Shown one piece after another: positions 10,671 through 20,906 of a stretch of 64,000 bases of DNA (within the stretch, counting starts at the first letter, position 1; every line of letters begins with the position of its first letter). The position numbers were made by a program, and so were the translations under genes. The notes under the pieces were generated by a model. That model was not told where the DNA came from. It was given only the letters and a program-made list of their open reading frames with translations, and made no database searches. Source of the DNA: Candidatus Sumerlaeota bacterium (GTDB lineage: Bacteria; Bacillota; SLNR01); contig JAXGQE010000008.1 of NCBI GenBank assembly GCA_040766585.1, positions 28,500 to 92,499 of the forward strand, written 5' to 3'.

Positions 10671-10805
10671 CGGGGAAAATGTGCATAGTTGAACTAATAT
10701 TAAATATGATATTCTTACAATTAAGAAGGATTCGGTTCCATCATCGTAGAATATTACGTACGTATGGTTTTATCGCAAAAGAGAGCAGTCTAAGGAGGAT
10801 GAATC

Positions 10806-11786
10806 ATGAGAAAAAGTTGGAGTATAGCTATTATTTTGGTGCTGGCGCTGGTATGTATGTCCGGATGTTCATTATTCGGACCCGAAGAACCGCCGGAAGA
10901 GATTACGCTGAAAGTGTTTATCCCGGATGGAATTACAGCTTTGGGAGCTGCCAAGATTCTCAAGGAGCAGCCTGAACTGGCCTCCCATGTGACCGTGGTG
11001 TATGAAATCACCAAAACTCCGGATTTATTGGCTTCCAAAGTAATGGGGCAGGAAGCTGATATAGCTGTGGTACCGTCAACCTTGGCTGCAGTGGCCTACA
11101 ATCGGGACCTTCCCTACGCGTTGGCCGGAACCATGGGGTGGGGTTCATTTTATCTGGTGACTACCGAAGACATTGATTCCTGGGAAGATCTGAAGGGAAT
11201 GGAAGTGTACAATATCGGTCGAGGTCAAACTCCCGATGTTGTGTTTCAGTATCTGCTGGAAGCCAACGGAATTGATCCAGATAATGATTTGACTCTGACC
11301 TATTTGAATGCTGCAACTGAACTTGCTCCAGCATTTATTGCCGGAACCAGTACGGTGGCCGTGATGCCGGAACCCATGCTGACAACGGTACTGAACAAAG
11401 TGGAAGGGGCAAAAATTGTCCTGAATCTGAATGAAGAATGGAAAGAAATTTCCGGCAGTGATCTGGGTTATCCTCAGTCCAGCCTGATCGTAAAAACGAC
11501 TCTGCTGGAAGATAATCGTGCGGTCATTGATGAGTTTATCCGGGTATTTGAAGAAAGCATCCTCTGGGCGAAAGAAAGTACGGATGAACTGGTGGCTTAC
11601 GCGCAAGAATTGGAAATTGGTGTCCCGCCTGTGGCTGTGGCTGAGTCCATGACAAGGGCCAATCAGCAGTTTGTCCTGGCGAAAGATTCAATCGAAGAAT
11701 ATCAGGACTATTTCGAAGCCATGTTCTCATTTGATCCGAATGTAATAGGGGGAAGCCAGCCGGATGAGGAGTTCTTCATTCAGTAA
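10806..11786 (+). CDS. NitT/TauT-family ABC transporter substrate-binding lipoprotein
   Basis: Lipobox MSGC, GRGQTPD, MPEP motifs; adjacent permease and ATPase. Confidence 0.85.
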   Translation: MRKSWSIAIILVLALVCMSGCSLFGPEEPPEEITLKVFIPDGITALGAAKILKEQPELASHVTVVYEITKTPDLLASKVMGQEADIAVVPSTLAAVAYNRDLPYALAGTMGWGSFYLVTTEDIDSWEDLKGMEVYNIGRGQTPDVVFQYLLEANGIDPDNDLTLTYLNAATELAPAFIAGTSTVAVMPEPMLTTVLNKVEGAKIVLNLNEEWKEISGSDLGYPQSSLIVKTTLLEDNRAVIDEFIRVFEESILWAKESTDELVAYAQELEIGVPPVAVAESMTRANQQFVLAKDSIEEYQDYFEAMFSFDPNVIGGSQPDEEFFIQ

Positions 11787-12516
11787 CAGAATATACTATT
11801 ATGTGGCGACGGCCGGGCTGCTGATTATCTGGGAAGTCATTTCCAGGCTGATCAACAATCCGATCATTATCCCCTCCCCTTTGGACACGCTCCAGATGTT
11901 GATTGAGATTGCGGGCAGGGAGAGATTTAGCATGCATGTTTCCAGAACTCTGGGAAGAAGTTTCCAGAGTTTTGGCATTTCTTTTTTGCTGGCACTGGGG
12001 CTTGGTGTGCTTTCGGGATTGTATCGGTGGGTCAATCATTTCATGGTTCCTATTCTGGCTCTGCTGCGTTCGGTACCCACCATGGCGGTGATTATTCTGG
12101 CCTTGATCTGGCTCAGCAGTGATGTTGCGCCGGTGATGATCGGTATCATTGTCGTTTTTCCGATTCTCTATGAGAGCGTGTACCGGGGAATGATGAATGT
12201 GGATATACGCCTGATCCAGATGGCCAAGCTGTATGCGGTGAACCGAATGGATGTTGTCAAAGATATTTATATGCCGACCATCTATATGTATGTTGGCTCT
12301 GTCATTGGTTCCGCCCTGGGTCTCACTTTAAAATCCGTAATTGCCGGAGAGGTTTTGGGGCAGCCGCGGTATTCGATTGGAGCCAGCCTGCAGTTGGAGA
12401 AATTGTTTTTGAATACCGCGGGGGTATTCGCCTGGATTATGATCGTCGTATTTATAGCGGCTGTGCTGGAATACCTGATTCGGTATATCTTTATCCGAAC
12501 AGAGAACTGGAAGTGA
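11764..12516 (+). CDS. NitT/TauT-family ABC transporter permease
   Basis: Six TM segments, IPSP, EAA-like loop, VIAGE. Confidence 0.88.
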   Translation: MRSSSFSNRIYYYVATAGLLIIWEVISRLINNPIIIPSPLDTLQMLIEIAGRERFSMHVSRTLGRSFQSFGISFLLALGLGVLSGLYRWVNHFMVPILALLRSVPTMAVIILALIWLSSDVAPVMIGIIVVFPILYESVYRGMMNVDIRLIQMAKLYAVNRMDVVKDIYMPTIYMYVGSVIGSALGLTLKSVIAGEVLGQPRYSIGASLQLEKLFLNTAGVFAWIMIVVFIAAVLEYLIRYIFIRTENWK

Positions 12517-12520
12517 TGGG

Positions 12521-13294
12521 ATGGAATGTTACATTGAAAACATCCATAAGAGTTTTGACTCTCTGGAAGTCCTGAAGGGTCTGAGCATACATTTCAAAGA
12601 AAACCAGGTGACTTGCATCCTTGGACCCTCGGGATGCGGGAAAAGCACACTGCTGAATATTATCATGGCTGTACTGGAACCCGAAACCGGTAAAGTGGTT
12701 GGATTTGAAGGGAAAGATATCAGTACCATTTTTCAGGAAGACCGGCTGATCGAATGGCGGTCGGTGGAAGACAACATTGACTTTGTGTTGCGGAACAAAC
12801 TGGGATACGCGGAGAGAAGAAAAATCATTCATGATTATCTCGAAGCCGTTGGCTTAAGCGACTATCGGAACTATTTCCCCAGAAAGCTTAGCGGCGGTAT
12901 GAGACAGAGAGTCAGCATTGTCAGAGCTTTTGCATATCCATCGGAGATCATGATCATGGATGAACCCTTCAAATCCCTGGACGTGAATATGAAAGCGAAC
13001 CTTATGAAGACCTTTTGCAAGCTGCGTCAAAATGATGACCGGACAGTAATCTATGTCACCCATGATGTGGACGAAGCGGTAACACTGGGAGACCAGATCG
13101 TGATTTTGACAGACAAACCGGCCATGGTGAAACGAGTTTTCGAAAATCCGATTAAACAGAACTGCCGCTGGGAAAAGACACAGGAAATCGAGGATTTGAA
13201 AAGAGAAATCATTGGCGAATTCATGGAGGAGGTTCAAGATGAACCACCCATTACACTGGACTCCTCCGCTGCAACGGGGGCAGAGATGGATTGA
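12521..13294 (+). CDS. NitT/TauT-family ABC transporter ATP-binding protein
   Basis: Walker A GPSGCGKS, LSGGM signature, MDEPF, VTHD. Confidence 0.93.
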   Translation: MECYIENIHKSFDSLEVLKGLSIHFKENQVTCILGPSGCGKSTLLNIIMAVLEPETGKVVGFEGKDISTIFQEDRLIEWRSVEDNIDFVLRNKLGYAERRKIIHDYLEAVGLSDYRNYFPRKLSGGMRQRVSIVRAFAYPSEIMIMDEPFKSLDVNMKANLMKTFCKLRQNDDRTVIYVTHDVDEAVTLGDQIVILTDKPAMVKRVFENPIKQNCRWEKTQEIEDLKREIIGEFMEEVQDEPPITLDSSAATGAEMD

Positions 13295-13372
13295 TCCGGC
13301 AACCCCCATAGATCGAATTCCACATGGTGGTAACTGTTTCTCGATGCGGCAGTACTGGTTCCGAAAGGAGTA

Positions 13373-13846
13373 GTGGAAGGTATGGGTGTTGAAGAAGTTC
13401 GAGAGTATCTGAAAAAATTTGACTCCACTCTGGATGTCGTGGAATTTCCCTGCAGCAGCGCCACGGTGGATCTGGCTGCCGAAGCACTGGGGGTTGACCC
13501 GGACATGATCGCCAAAACCATGGCATTCCAATTGAAAGACGATGCAATCCTCATCGTGTTATCGGGGCGGGCAAAAATCAACAATCGAAAGTTCAAGGAA
13601 GTCTTTCAACAGAAGGCAAAAATGATCAAACCGGACCATCTGATGGAGATAACCGGATATCCCATGGGCGGTGTGTGCCCGTTTGCTCTAAAGCAGGACA
13701 TTCCAGTGTATCTGGATGACTCCCTGAAAAAGCATGCAATTATTTACCCAGCCGGAGGAACCAGCAATTCTGCTGTGAAGATGGAGATTTCACAGCTGGA
13801 ACGAATCACCCGCGGACAGTGGGTCAGTGTGTCCGATGATCGCTAG
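13373..13846 (+). CDS. YbaK/EbsC/ProXp aminoacyl-tRNA editing domain protein
   Basis: IAKTM, TGYPMGGVCPF, YPAGG motifs. Confidence 0.9.
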   Translation: MEGMGVEEVREYLKKFDSTLDVVEFPCSSATVDLAAEALGVDPDMIAKTMAFQLKDDAILIVLSGRAKINNRKFKEVFQQKAKMIKPDHLMEITGYPMGGVCPFALKQDIPVYLDDSLKKHAIIYPAGGTSNSAVKMEISQLERITRGQWVSVSDDR

Positions 13847-13920
13847 CATGGAGTGGCAAGAAAGATGCTGCGAATACGGTATGAATCCGACTGCATAACG
13901 ATTTTAATCATACACACCAT

Positions 13921-13948
13921 GATCCTTGCCTACACAAGGATCTTCTTT
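13921..13948 (+). terminator. Intrinsic terminator after ybaK-like gene
   Basis: GATCCTTG-6-CAAGGATC then TTCTTT. Confidence 0.5.
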
Positions 13949-14314
13949 ATGGGAGATAGTCTGACTGTATGATGGGGAAACCCAATTTTCACTTTGGAGG
14001 ATTCATGAACCGGGGGATCAGCATGGCAGGAACATCCATATTTTTTAATTAAAAATATGCGGATGGGGATCTGCAGCAGCTTCTTAATGAAAGTAACTCT
14101 GAGACTGGCGTCGTTGTCCGCGATGTTTTCGTTTGAATGATCGTTTTATTGAAACAGCTGCATTGCGCAGAATAAATGCTTCGGGGTTTTTCCGATATTG
14201 AATGAACAATCATGGATGTGGAAAATCGTGGGGTCTGCATCCAGGAAACGGGCAGGGATATCGAGCAATCCCGCGAATTGAAAAAGGAGTACGGTTTGGA
14301 GAAGGGGGATATTC

Positions 14315-15898
14315 ATGGATCAAAATGCTGCTGAAAAAGTTACCATGGAAATGAAGAAACCCGATCTGGATGAAGTTGCTCGTTTTTACCATAACAGGTT
14401 GAACCCAGAAACCAGAGCTTTACTGAATCAGAGAGGCATCAATGATGCCACCATCGAAAAGTTCATGCTGGGCTATGACGACGGCAGCCGGCTGGGATTT
14501 TCGTCTACAGAAGTAAGTGCACTGGGGGATTATTTCAGGGACAGATTTATCTTTCCTATTATGAATGCCGAAGGAAAAGTAGTCAATATGGTGGGGCGAT
14601 CCCGAACAGATGTCCAGCCGCTGTACAAGAACCTGCCATCCAACTATGTCCTTGATCCCAATTTTCTCTTCAATGAGAGTATCATAAAAGACAGCGATAC
14701 CATTTTTCTCTGCGAAGGCATTGTGGATGCCCTGTCGCTGATTCAGGCAAATTTCCCTGCAGTGGCCATTCTGGGTGTTAACAGCTTCAAGCCGGAATGG
14801 GCTGAAAAATTTAAAGATAAGCACGTTTTTCTCTGCTTCGATAATGACGAGATCGGTCGAATGGGAAAAGAAGGGGTAGCCAAAGAAATCAGTGAAAGTG
14901 CTTCTGAACTGTATTTTATAGATCTGCCGCCAGAGATCAAAGATATCAATGACTATTTTGTTCGAGTCAAAGATGCGGCAAAAAACTTTGTTCTGCTGGT
15001 ATATCAAGCCGTGGATTTGGGCAAATACCGCCAGTTCCCTGCCGATATACGCCATCTGAATGCTTTTCACCAAGAGTATGTCCGCAGAAATGAAGGGAAA
15101 ATGGTTGGATTGTCCACCGGCTTCGAAAAACTGGACAAGATCCTTTTTGGAGGATTCAGAGACGGACTCTACATTATTACCGGTGAGCCCGGATCCGGGA
15201 AAACCACTCTGCTTAAAAATTTGGCCGATCGATATTCAGGCATGAAGATCCCTGTCATATTTGTATCTCTGGAAACATCCGCGTTTGAACTGTGGGCTAA
15301 AAGCATGTCACGGATGACGAAAAACAAGGTTGCGGATGTCCTCTGCGGGAAAGCCGATCTTACGACCATTACGGAAGCAAACAAAGAGTATTCTGCCATG
15401 GCCTCCTTGACCTGGACCGTGGAAGGAATGGGACCGGTTCCCGTCAGCATGATCGACTCCTATGTCTATCAGACGATTAATGAACTTGGAGCAGTCCCTG
15501 TCGTCATGATCGATTATCTGCAGAGGATTCCGGTGGATCTTCAAATCCAGCCCCCCTCCCAAGATGCCTTTGACAACTACAACGCCTATCTGCTGAAGAA
15601 GCTGTCGCAAAAATATTCATGCCCTGTGATTGTGGCATCCTCCATAGAAAAAATTCATTCGGATGAGGAAGATCAAAAAGAGAGAATTACCGGAGTGTTG
15701 TACACGGCAGATGTGGTGCTGAGACTATCCGAAAGAAAAGGCAGTCAGGATAACGGGGAAGATCCCATGCAAGCATGCATTCAGGTATTGAAAAACAGGA
15801 ATGGGATACTTGGCCGGATTCCTGTGCTTTTCAATCGCAGCCACAGCTATTTTGAAGCAGCTCCGGAAGAGGAAAGCAAAACGGACAAGCCGAAATGA
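14315..15898 (+). CDS. DnaG-like TOPRIM primase domain fused to DnaB-like (SF4) helicase domain
   Basis: FRDRFIFPI, CEGIVD, FDND, KDIND (primase core); TGFEKLD, GEPGSGKT, SLE, IDYLQ, KNRNG (helicase). Confidence 0.85.
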   Translation: MDQNAAEKVTMEMKKPDLDEVARFYHNRLNPETRALLNQRGINDATIEKFMLGYDDGSRLGFSSTEVSALGDYFRDRFIFPIMNAEGKVVNMVGRSRTDVQPLYKNLPSNYVLDPNFLFNESIIKDSDTIFLCEGIVDALSLIQANFPAVAILGVNSFKPEWAEKFKDKHVFLCFDNDEIGRMGKEGVAKEISESASELYFIDLPPEIKDINDYFVRVKDAAKNFVLLVYQAVDLGKYRQFPADIRHLNAFHQEYVRRNEGKMVGLSTGFEKLDKILFGGFRDGLYIITGEPGSGKTTLLKNLADRYSGMKIPVIFVSLETSAFELWAKSMSRMTKNKVADVLCGKADLTTITEANKEYSAMASLTWTVEGMGPVPVSMIDSYVYQTINELGAVPVVMIDYLQRIPVDLQIQPPSQDAFDNYNAYLLKKLSQKYSCPVIVASSIEKIHSDEEDQKERITGVLYTADVVLRLSERKGSQDNGEDPMQACIQVLKNRNGILGRIPVLFNRSHSYFEAAPEEESKTDKPK

Positions 15899-15937
15899 GG
15901 ATTAGTGAATAGGAAGAAAGATGAGACCGGAATGGCC

Positions 15938-17149
15938 TCATCTTTTTTTTATCGTATTATGGAGAATGATGGTAAAGCGATTGAGGATCTCTTCCCGCAG
16001 AGACCAAGGCAGAAGATCGGACCGTTTGAGAAGCCGGACCAGTTTTGAACGGGCAGGAGCCCCGAAAGGTTGATGAAAGTCGATACGGTCCATAAAATCT
16101 CCAAACCCATATACCCGGAACCGGTCGATCTTCTGTCTTTGGGCTATCCGTTCAAACAAGGCCAGCACCACATCCCCGTAGGTACCTTCCCGGTCAATTT
16201 TCAGCGACTTGGCAATCAGAGGAAGGAACCGTTCATAAATCGTGCGCAGCATGGTCTCTCCGCCGGTTATTTTCAATTTTTCCAACAGCTCATTCATTTC
16301 TTCTTTGGGCAAACGAGTAATGATCTCCGAGAAATATTCCTCTGAAGGAATGTTCTCAATATAGTAGCGTTGACCGCGATATCCGCGAAAAACTCTCATG
16401 GTATCAAAATATCCCAGGTTAATATTGGTTTCTGCCCGGGCAGGATTGAATTCCAAAACGGCCCCCAGATTCTCTCTGGGTTCAATGACGGTCAGATTGA
16501 TCTGGTGTTCTTTGAATCGACGGTGGATTCCGGGACCGCCGATCATGATGGCGATGATGTCCTTGTATCCTCTTCGGACCAGCATATTGATGGGCAGGTT
16601 ATTGTAGAAACCGCCGTCCAGATAGCTTTTCCCATCGCCAAAATTGCTTTGGAATATGGGCAGACGACTGCTAGCCAGAATATAGTCAATCAGCTCCCCT
16701 TGCGGAATTTCTTCCAAAAAGATTTCCAAAGGAGTCCGGTCTGTGAGAGAGACAGTTACAATCCCGAAATCTTTTTCCGTTTTTCGGATTTTCTCTTCAT
16801 CGATGTGGGCTTCCAGCATTTTTCGGAGAGGGGTTGTATCGATTCCTTTATCCAGAATGGCTGTCTGAAAATAGTTGATAAGCTGAGCCAGCTGGTTCGG
16901 CAGGCGTTCCATTCTTTTTAGTCGTTCCAGCTGGGCAGGATTAATATCAAACAGTTGATGAGGAGCCACACTGCTCCAAACTTGAATGGCTTCTTCAAGG
17001 CTGTCTTGCAATATCAGAGCTCCATTGATGGCGCCCACGGATGTGCCGGCAACGCCGCCAATTTCCAATCCCAATTCAGCCAGTGCCTTCCAGGCACCCA
17101 CCTGGTACGCCCCTTTGGCTCCCCCGCCTTCCAATGCGATTCCATACAT
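15938..17149 (-). CDS. Patatin-like phospholipase
   Basis: GGGAKG, GTSVG, DGG motifs. Confidence 0.92.
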   Translation of the reverse strand: MYGIALEGGGAKGAYQVGAWKALAELGLEIGGVAGTSVGAINGALILQDSLEEAIQVWSSVAPHQLFDINPAQLERLKRMERLPNQLAQLINYFQTAILDKGIDTTPLRKMLEAHIDEEKIRKTEKDFGIVTVSLTDRTPLEIFLEEIPQGELIDYILASSRLPIFQSNFGDGKSYLDGGFYNNLPINMLVRRGYKDIIAIMIGGPGIHRRFKEHQINLTVIEPRENLGAVLEFNPARAETNINLGYFDTMRVFRGYRGQRYYIENIPSEEYFSEIITRLPKEEMNELLEKLKITGGETMLRTIYERFLPLIAKSLKIDREGTYGDVVLALFERIAQRQKIDRFRVYGFGDFMDRIDFHQPFGAPARSKLVRLLKRSDLLPWSLREEILNRFTIILHNTIKKR

Positions 17150-17333
17150 GACAGTGACTCCCCTTTGTATCGACGCTGCAGTTTGTGTATTCAGTATTCA
17201 TCACCCGGCTTGAATTCCCTGCTCACTACGGCCACTTACCGAAAATCTGGAAATCGGTATAATGGACAGGAAAGCAGGAACACGTGGGAATACAGCGAAA
17301 AATAGGGTAGTACGGACACAAGGAGGGATTTGT

Positions 17334-18095
17334 TTGCGGATCATTTCTTGGAATGCAAACGGGATCCGGGCACTGATGAAAAAAGATTTGAAGCAGTGGG
17401 CAGAAACAGAAAGCCCAGACATACTCTGCTTTCAGGAGACGAAAATACACGAATCTCAAATCACGGATGCCGGACTTGATGTGCCCGGCTATTTCGATTA
17501 CTGGGCCAGTGCAGAGAAAAAAGGCTACAGTGGCGTTGCCCTGTACACAAAAAAACAGCCCCTGGAAGTAGTTCAGGCTGTCGTTCCGGAACTCGATGAT
17601 GGGGAAGGCCGGATTCTGCAGGCACAATTCGAAGATTTTCTGCTTCTGAACATCTATTTTCCCAACGGGCAGGCTTCTGAAGAGAGGCTTCAGTACAAAC
17701 TGCGTTTTTACGATCATCTGATTCCCTATCTTAAATCCCTGTCAGATCAGGGAAAGAAAGTCATTGTCTGCGGGGACTACAATACGGCTCATCATCCCAT
17801 TGATTTGAAGAATCCTGAAAGTAATGAGAATTACTCCGGTTTTATGCCCATTGAAAGAATACGTCTCGATCATCTGATGAAAGCAGGGTACATCGATGTC
17901 TTCCGCCGTATGTATCCGGATCGGGTTCAGTACTCCTGGTGGACATACCGCTTCAAGGCTCGAGAAAGGAACATTGGATGGCGGATTGACTATTTCTTTG
18001 TAACAGAGAATGTTTTCGATGATGTATCGGATTGCATCATCATGGATCAGGTGACTGGTTCGGATCACTGCCCTGTCCAGTTGGTACTGAAATAA
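17334..18095 (+). CDS. xth: Exodeoxyribonuclease III / AP endonuclease
   Basis: ISWNANG, QETK, GYSGV, GDYN, WRIDY, SDHCP; TTG start after AGGAGG. Confidence 0.93.
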   Translation: MRIISWNANGIRALMKKDLKQWAETESPDILCFQETKIHESQITDAGLDVPGYFDYWASAEKKGYSGVALYTKKQPLEVVQAVVPELDDGEGRILQAQFEDFLLLNIYFPNGQASEERLQYKLRFYDHLIPYLKSLSDQGKKVIVCGDYNTAHHPIDLKNPESNENYSGFMPIERIRLDHLMKAGYIDVFRRMYPDRVQYSWWTYRFKARERNIGWRIDYFFVTENVFDDVSDCIIMDQVTGSDHCPVQLVLK

Positions 18096-18104
18096 TAACC
18101 GTCA

Positions 18105-18737
18105 TTACTTATAGAATTGGATTCCAGCCACAACTTTGGCGATTACGGTCAAATCTTTCCGGGCATATATGGTGGGAGGAACTTTGGGATCTAGACTTAC
18201 AGCCAAAATACGGTCGTGATCCTCGTAGAGCCGGGCGATAATGGATGGGTTATTTTCTGACCAGGCCAGCATGAGGGCGCCGGAATCCACAACATCCTGT
18301 TTTCGGCACAACAGCATTTCATTCTCAAACCAAGAAGGCAGAGTGCGCTGTACGGTATTCAGCTGAATATAAAAGAGAAAACTACCGGATTCATCAGCAA
18401 TGACTGGCAAGGATCCTTGCCTCGGATGATCGTCCAGGGATATTTTCGGTGTGATCGGAAGCGAAAAAACGGGAGCTGTATGGGTGGGTCTTCTTTCCAG
18501 GAAAGCACCGTCAAGCGGCGTGGATTTCATGGTTCTCTGACTGCTGTGACCAAGCAGATAATCAGTTGTCGTTCCGAACATGCTGGCGAATCGACGAAGC
18601 ATATCGTAATCGGGCTGACGGACATCCCTTTCATAATTGGATAGCGCCGCATTGGAAATGCCGAGTATCTCTGCAGCTTGAAGCTGGGTCCACCCTTTTT
18701 TCTCTCTTTCTAATCGCAGCCGGTCTCCTGTTGTCAT
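18105..18737 (-). CDS. XRE-family HTH regulator with degenerate S24-like C-terminal domain
   Basis: LRLEREKKGWTQ...LSNYERD...P HTH; C-terminus resembles LexA/CI beta-fold ending VIAKVV. Confidence 0.8.
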   Translation of the reverse strand: MTTGDRLRLEREKKGWTQLQAAEILGISNAALSNYERDVRQPDYDMLRRFASMFGTTTDYLLGHSSQRTMKSTPLDGAFLERRPTHTAPVFSLPITPKISLDDHPRQGSLPVIADESGSFLFYIQLNTVQRTLPSWFENEMLLCRKQDVVDSGALMLAWSENNPSIIARLYEDHDRILAVSLDPKVPPTIYARKDLTVIAKVVAGIQFYK

Positions 18738-18850
18738 TCAAACCACCTCAACACTAGTTTCTTGGGTACAATAAAGACTTATTTCTACATAAAGTGAAAA
18801 ATACTTCTTTCTTTTGAGAAATTTTTGGGTGAGCGGCCAATACGCAAGAG

Positions 18851-20287
18851 ATGGTTCCTGTAGGAGGGAATCCTGTGGAAACAAAAGTGAAAGAGACAAT
18901 TCAAAAATACGGCCTGCTCGAAAAAGGGGATCGAGTGATTGTGGGAGTCTCCGGCGGGCCAGATTCGGTGGCTCTGCTGCATATGCTGCATCAGCTGAGA
19001 AAGCCGCTGCAGCTGACACTGGTAGCGGCTCACGTCAACCACCGGATCCGAGGGGAAAATGCCGATGAGGATGAACGGTTTGTGGCCCATCTGGCCCGGC
19101 AGTGGGATATTGAATACCGGGTCCGCTCCATGGATGTGCCGGCTTTGGCCCGAAAAGAGGGATTATCCTGCGAAGATGCAGGTCGCCAGGTACGATACGG
19201 CTTTTTTAGCCACCTGGCGGACGAACAGAGCGGCAGCAAAATAGCTGTCGCCCATCACCGCGATGATCAGGCCGAGACTGTTCTGATGAATCTGATCCGC
19301 GGGTCGGGCACGGAAGGGCTTTCTGGGATGAAGCCCATTCGGGACGGACGCATTATCCGACCGCTTCTGTATGTGAGCCGGGAAGAGATTGAAACCTACT
19401 GCCGGGAGCATCATCTGGAAAGCCGGCTGGATGAGTCTAATCTGGAAACGGAGTATCTCAGGAACAAAATCAGGCTTCTTTTGATCCCCTATATAGAGAC
19501 CCATTTCAACCCTCAGTTTCGCCAGGCACTGAGCCGAACAGCTGAAATTCTCCGGGATGAAAACCACCTGGTTCAGATGCTGGCGGATAAACAGCTCACC
19601 CTTCATTTGAAAGCCGTGGATGGTGGATTTCGTTTTCCGATCCATGTTCTCCAGTCCGAGCCCGTGGCCATGCGCCGGCGTCTGATTCGGGGTATCATTG
19701 CACGGCTCAGCGGCTCGGTGCGCCAGATTGCCCTCACTCATATCGATTCTGTCGTCAGCATCATCGACAAGGGGACAACCGGGAAACAGATTCAGCTGCC
19801 GGGGAAAATCAATGCATCCATTGAATACGAAACACTCATCATCCAAAAGAGCAGCGATGATAGGCCGCCGAAACTGGGCAGGACTGAAATTCAGGTACCG
19901 GGTACTACGGTCATTCCTGAACTTGATTGTGTGTTTACAGCCATCTGCAATACAGATCCGAAATTTTCTTTGGCCGCAGGGAAGTACCACATAGCTGTGG
20001 AAAAAAGCAAAATCAGTCTGCCCCTTTATGTCCGGACAAGAATTCCGGGAGACACGATTTCACTGCCTGGGGGCGGAACAAGCAAAATTAAAAATATTCT
20101 CATTGATCAAAAAATCAGCCGCAGGCAAAGAGATCGGATTCCCATTGTGGTGGATGCCAAAGGGCAAGTCATCTGGATCGTTGGGGTCAAAACATCGGCT
20201 CTCTGTCAGCGGGAAGACAGGAAGGCCAGCACCATCGATATCCATGCAGATTGCAGTCACAGGGAGGAACTCATTGATGAAAAATGA
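18851..20287 (+). CDS. tilS: tRNA(Ile)-lysidine synthetase
   Basis: SGGPDS PP-loop, AHHRDDQAET, IRPLL, RNKIR; synteny with hpt-ftsH. Confidence 0.95.
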   Translation: MVPVGGNPVETKVKETIQKYGLLEKGDRVIVGVSGGPDSVALLHMLHQLRKPLQLTLVAAHVNHRIRGENADEDERFVAHLARQWDIEYRVRSMDVPALARKEGLSCEDAGRQVRYGFFSHLADEQSGSKIAVAHHRDDQAETVLMNLIRGSGTEGLSGMKPIRDGRIIRPLLYVSREEIETYCREHHLESRLDESNLETEYLRNKIRLLLIPYIETHFNPQFRQALSRTAEILRDENHLVQMLADKQLTLHLKAVDGGFRFPIHVLQSEPVAMRRRLIRGIIARLSGSVRQIALTHIDSVVSIIDKGTTGKQIQLPGKINASIEYETLIIQKSSDDRPPKLGRTEIQVPGTTVIPELDCVFTAICNTDPKFSLAAGKYHIAVEKSKISLPLYVRTRIPGDTISLPGGGTSKIKNILIDQKISRRQRDRIPIVVDAKGQVIWIVGVKTSALCQREDRKASTIDIHADCSHREELIDEK

Positions 20288-20828
20288 CATTCAGGAAGTG
20301 CTGATCACCCGGGAACAAATTCATAAGAGAATTCAGGAGATGGGCAGCGAGCTTTCGGAGCATTACCGGGGGCAGGAACTGCTGCTGGTATGCATCCTCA
20401 AAGGAGGGGTGATGTTTCTGGCCGATCTGGCCCGGGCCATCTCCATTCCCTGTGAGCTTGATTTTATGGCTGTATCGAGTTATGGAGCAGCCACAGAGAC
20501 ATCCGGGGTTGTCCGTATACTGAAGGATCTGGATAAAAGCATCCAGGGAAAACATGTCCTTCTGGTTGAAGATGTGGTTGACACCGGGCTGACGCTGCAG
20601 TATCTGGTGAATAACCTGAAAGACCGCGGCCCGGCCAGTCTGAAGATATGTTCTCTGTTAAACAAAAAAGCAAACCGGAAAGTTGAAGTAGAAGTCGATT
20701 TTGTCGGTTTTGAGATTCCAGATAAGTTTGTGGTGGGCTTTGGACTGGATTTTGCCGACGGGTATCGGCATCTTCCCTATGTGGCTGTTCTGAAACCCGA
20801 AATATACAGTGGAGAAGTTCCCCGATAA
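20277..20828 (+). CDS. hpt: Hypoxanthine phosphoribosyltransferase
   Basis: ILKGG, VEDVVDTGLT, FVVGFGLD motifs. Confidence 0.96.
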   Translation: MKNDIQEVLITREQIHKRIQEMGSELSEHYRGQELLLVCILKGGVMFLADLARAISIPCELDFMAVSSYGAATETSGVVRILKDLDKSIQGKHVLLVEDVVDTGLTLQYLVNNLKDRGPASLKICSLLNKKANRKVEVEVDFVGFEIPDKFVVGFGLDFADGYRHLPYVAVLKPEIYSGEVPR

Positions 20829-20906
20829 TGTCAATAACTTGAGAAAATGTCACCTAGAATTGGTTTAATTAACTTGAGAAAATGTCACCCCCGGATACAG
20901 GGAATA

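Noticed and set aside
14315-18737. Prophage remnant (primase-helicase plus XRE repressor)
   Set aside because: No integrase, att sites or structural genes; intervening genes are patatin and xth
20835-20889. Two identical 20-bp direct repeats as a mini-CRISPR
   Set aside because: Only two units, 15-bp spacer, inverted copies at the other IS end; they are transposase-binding sites and no cas genes are present
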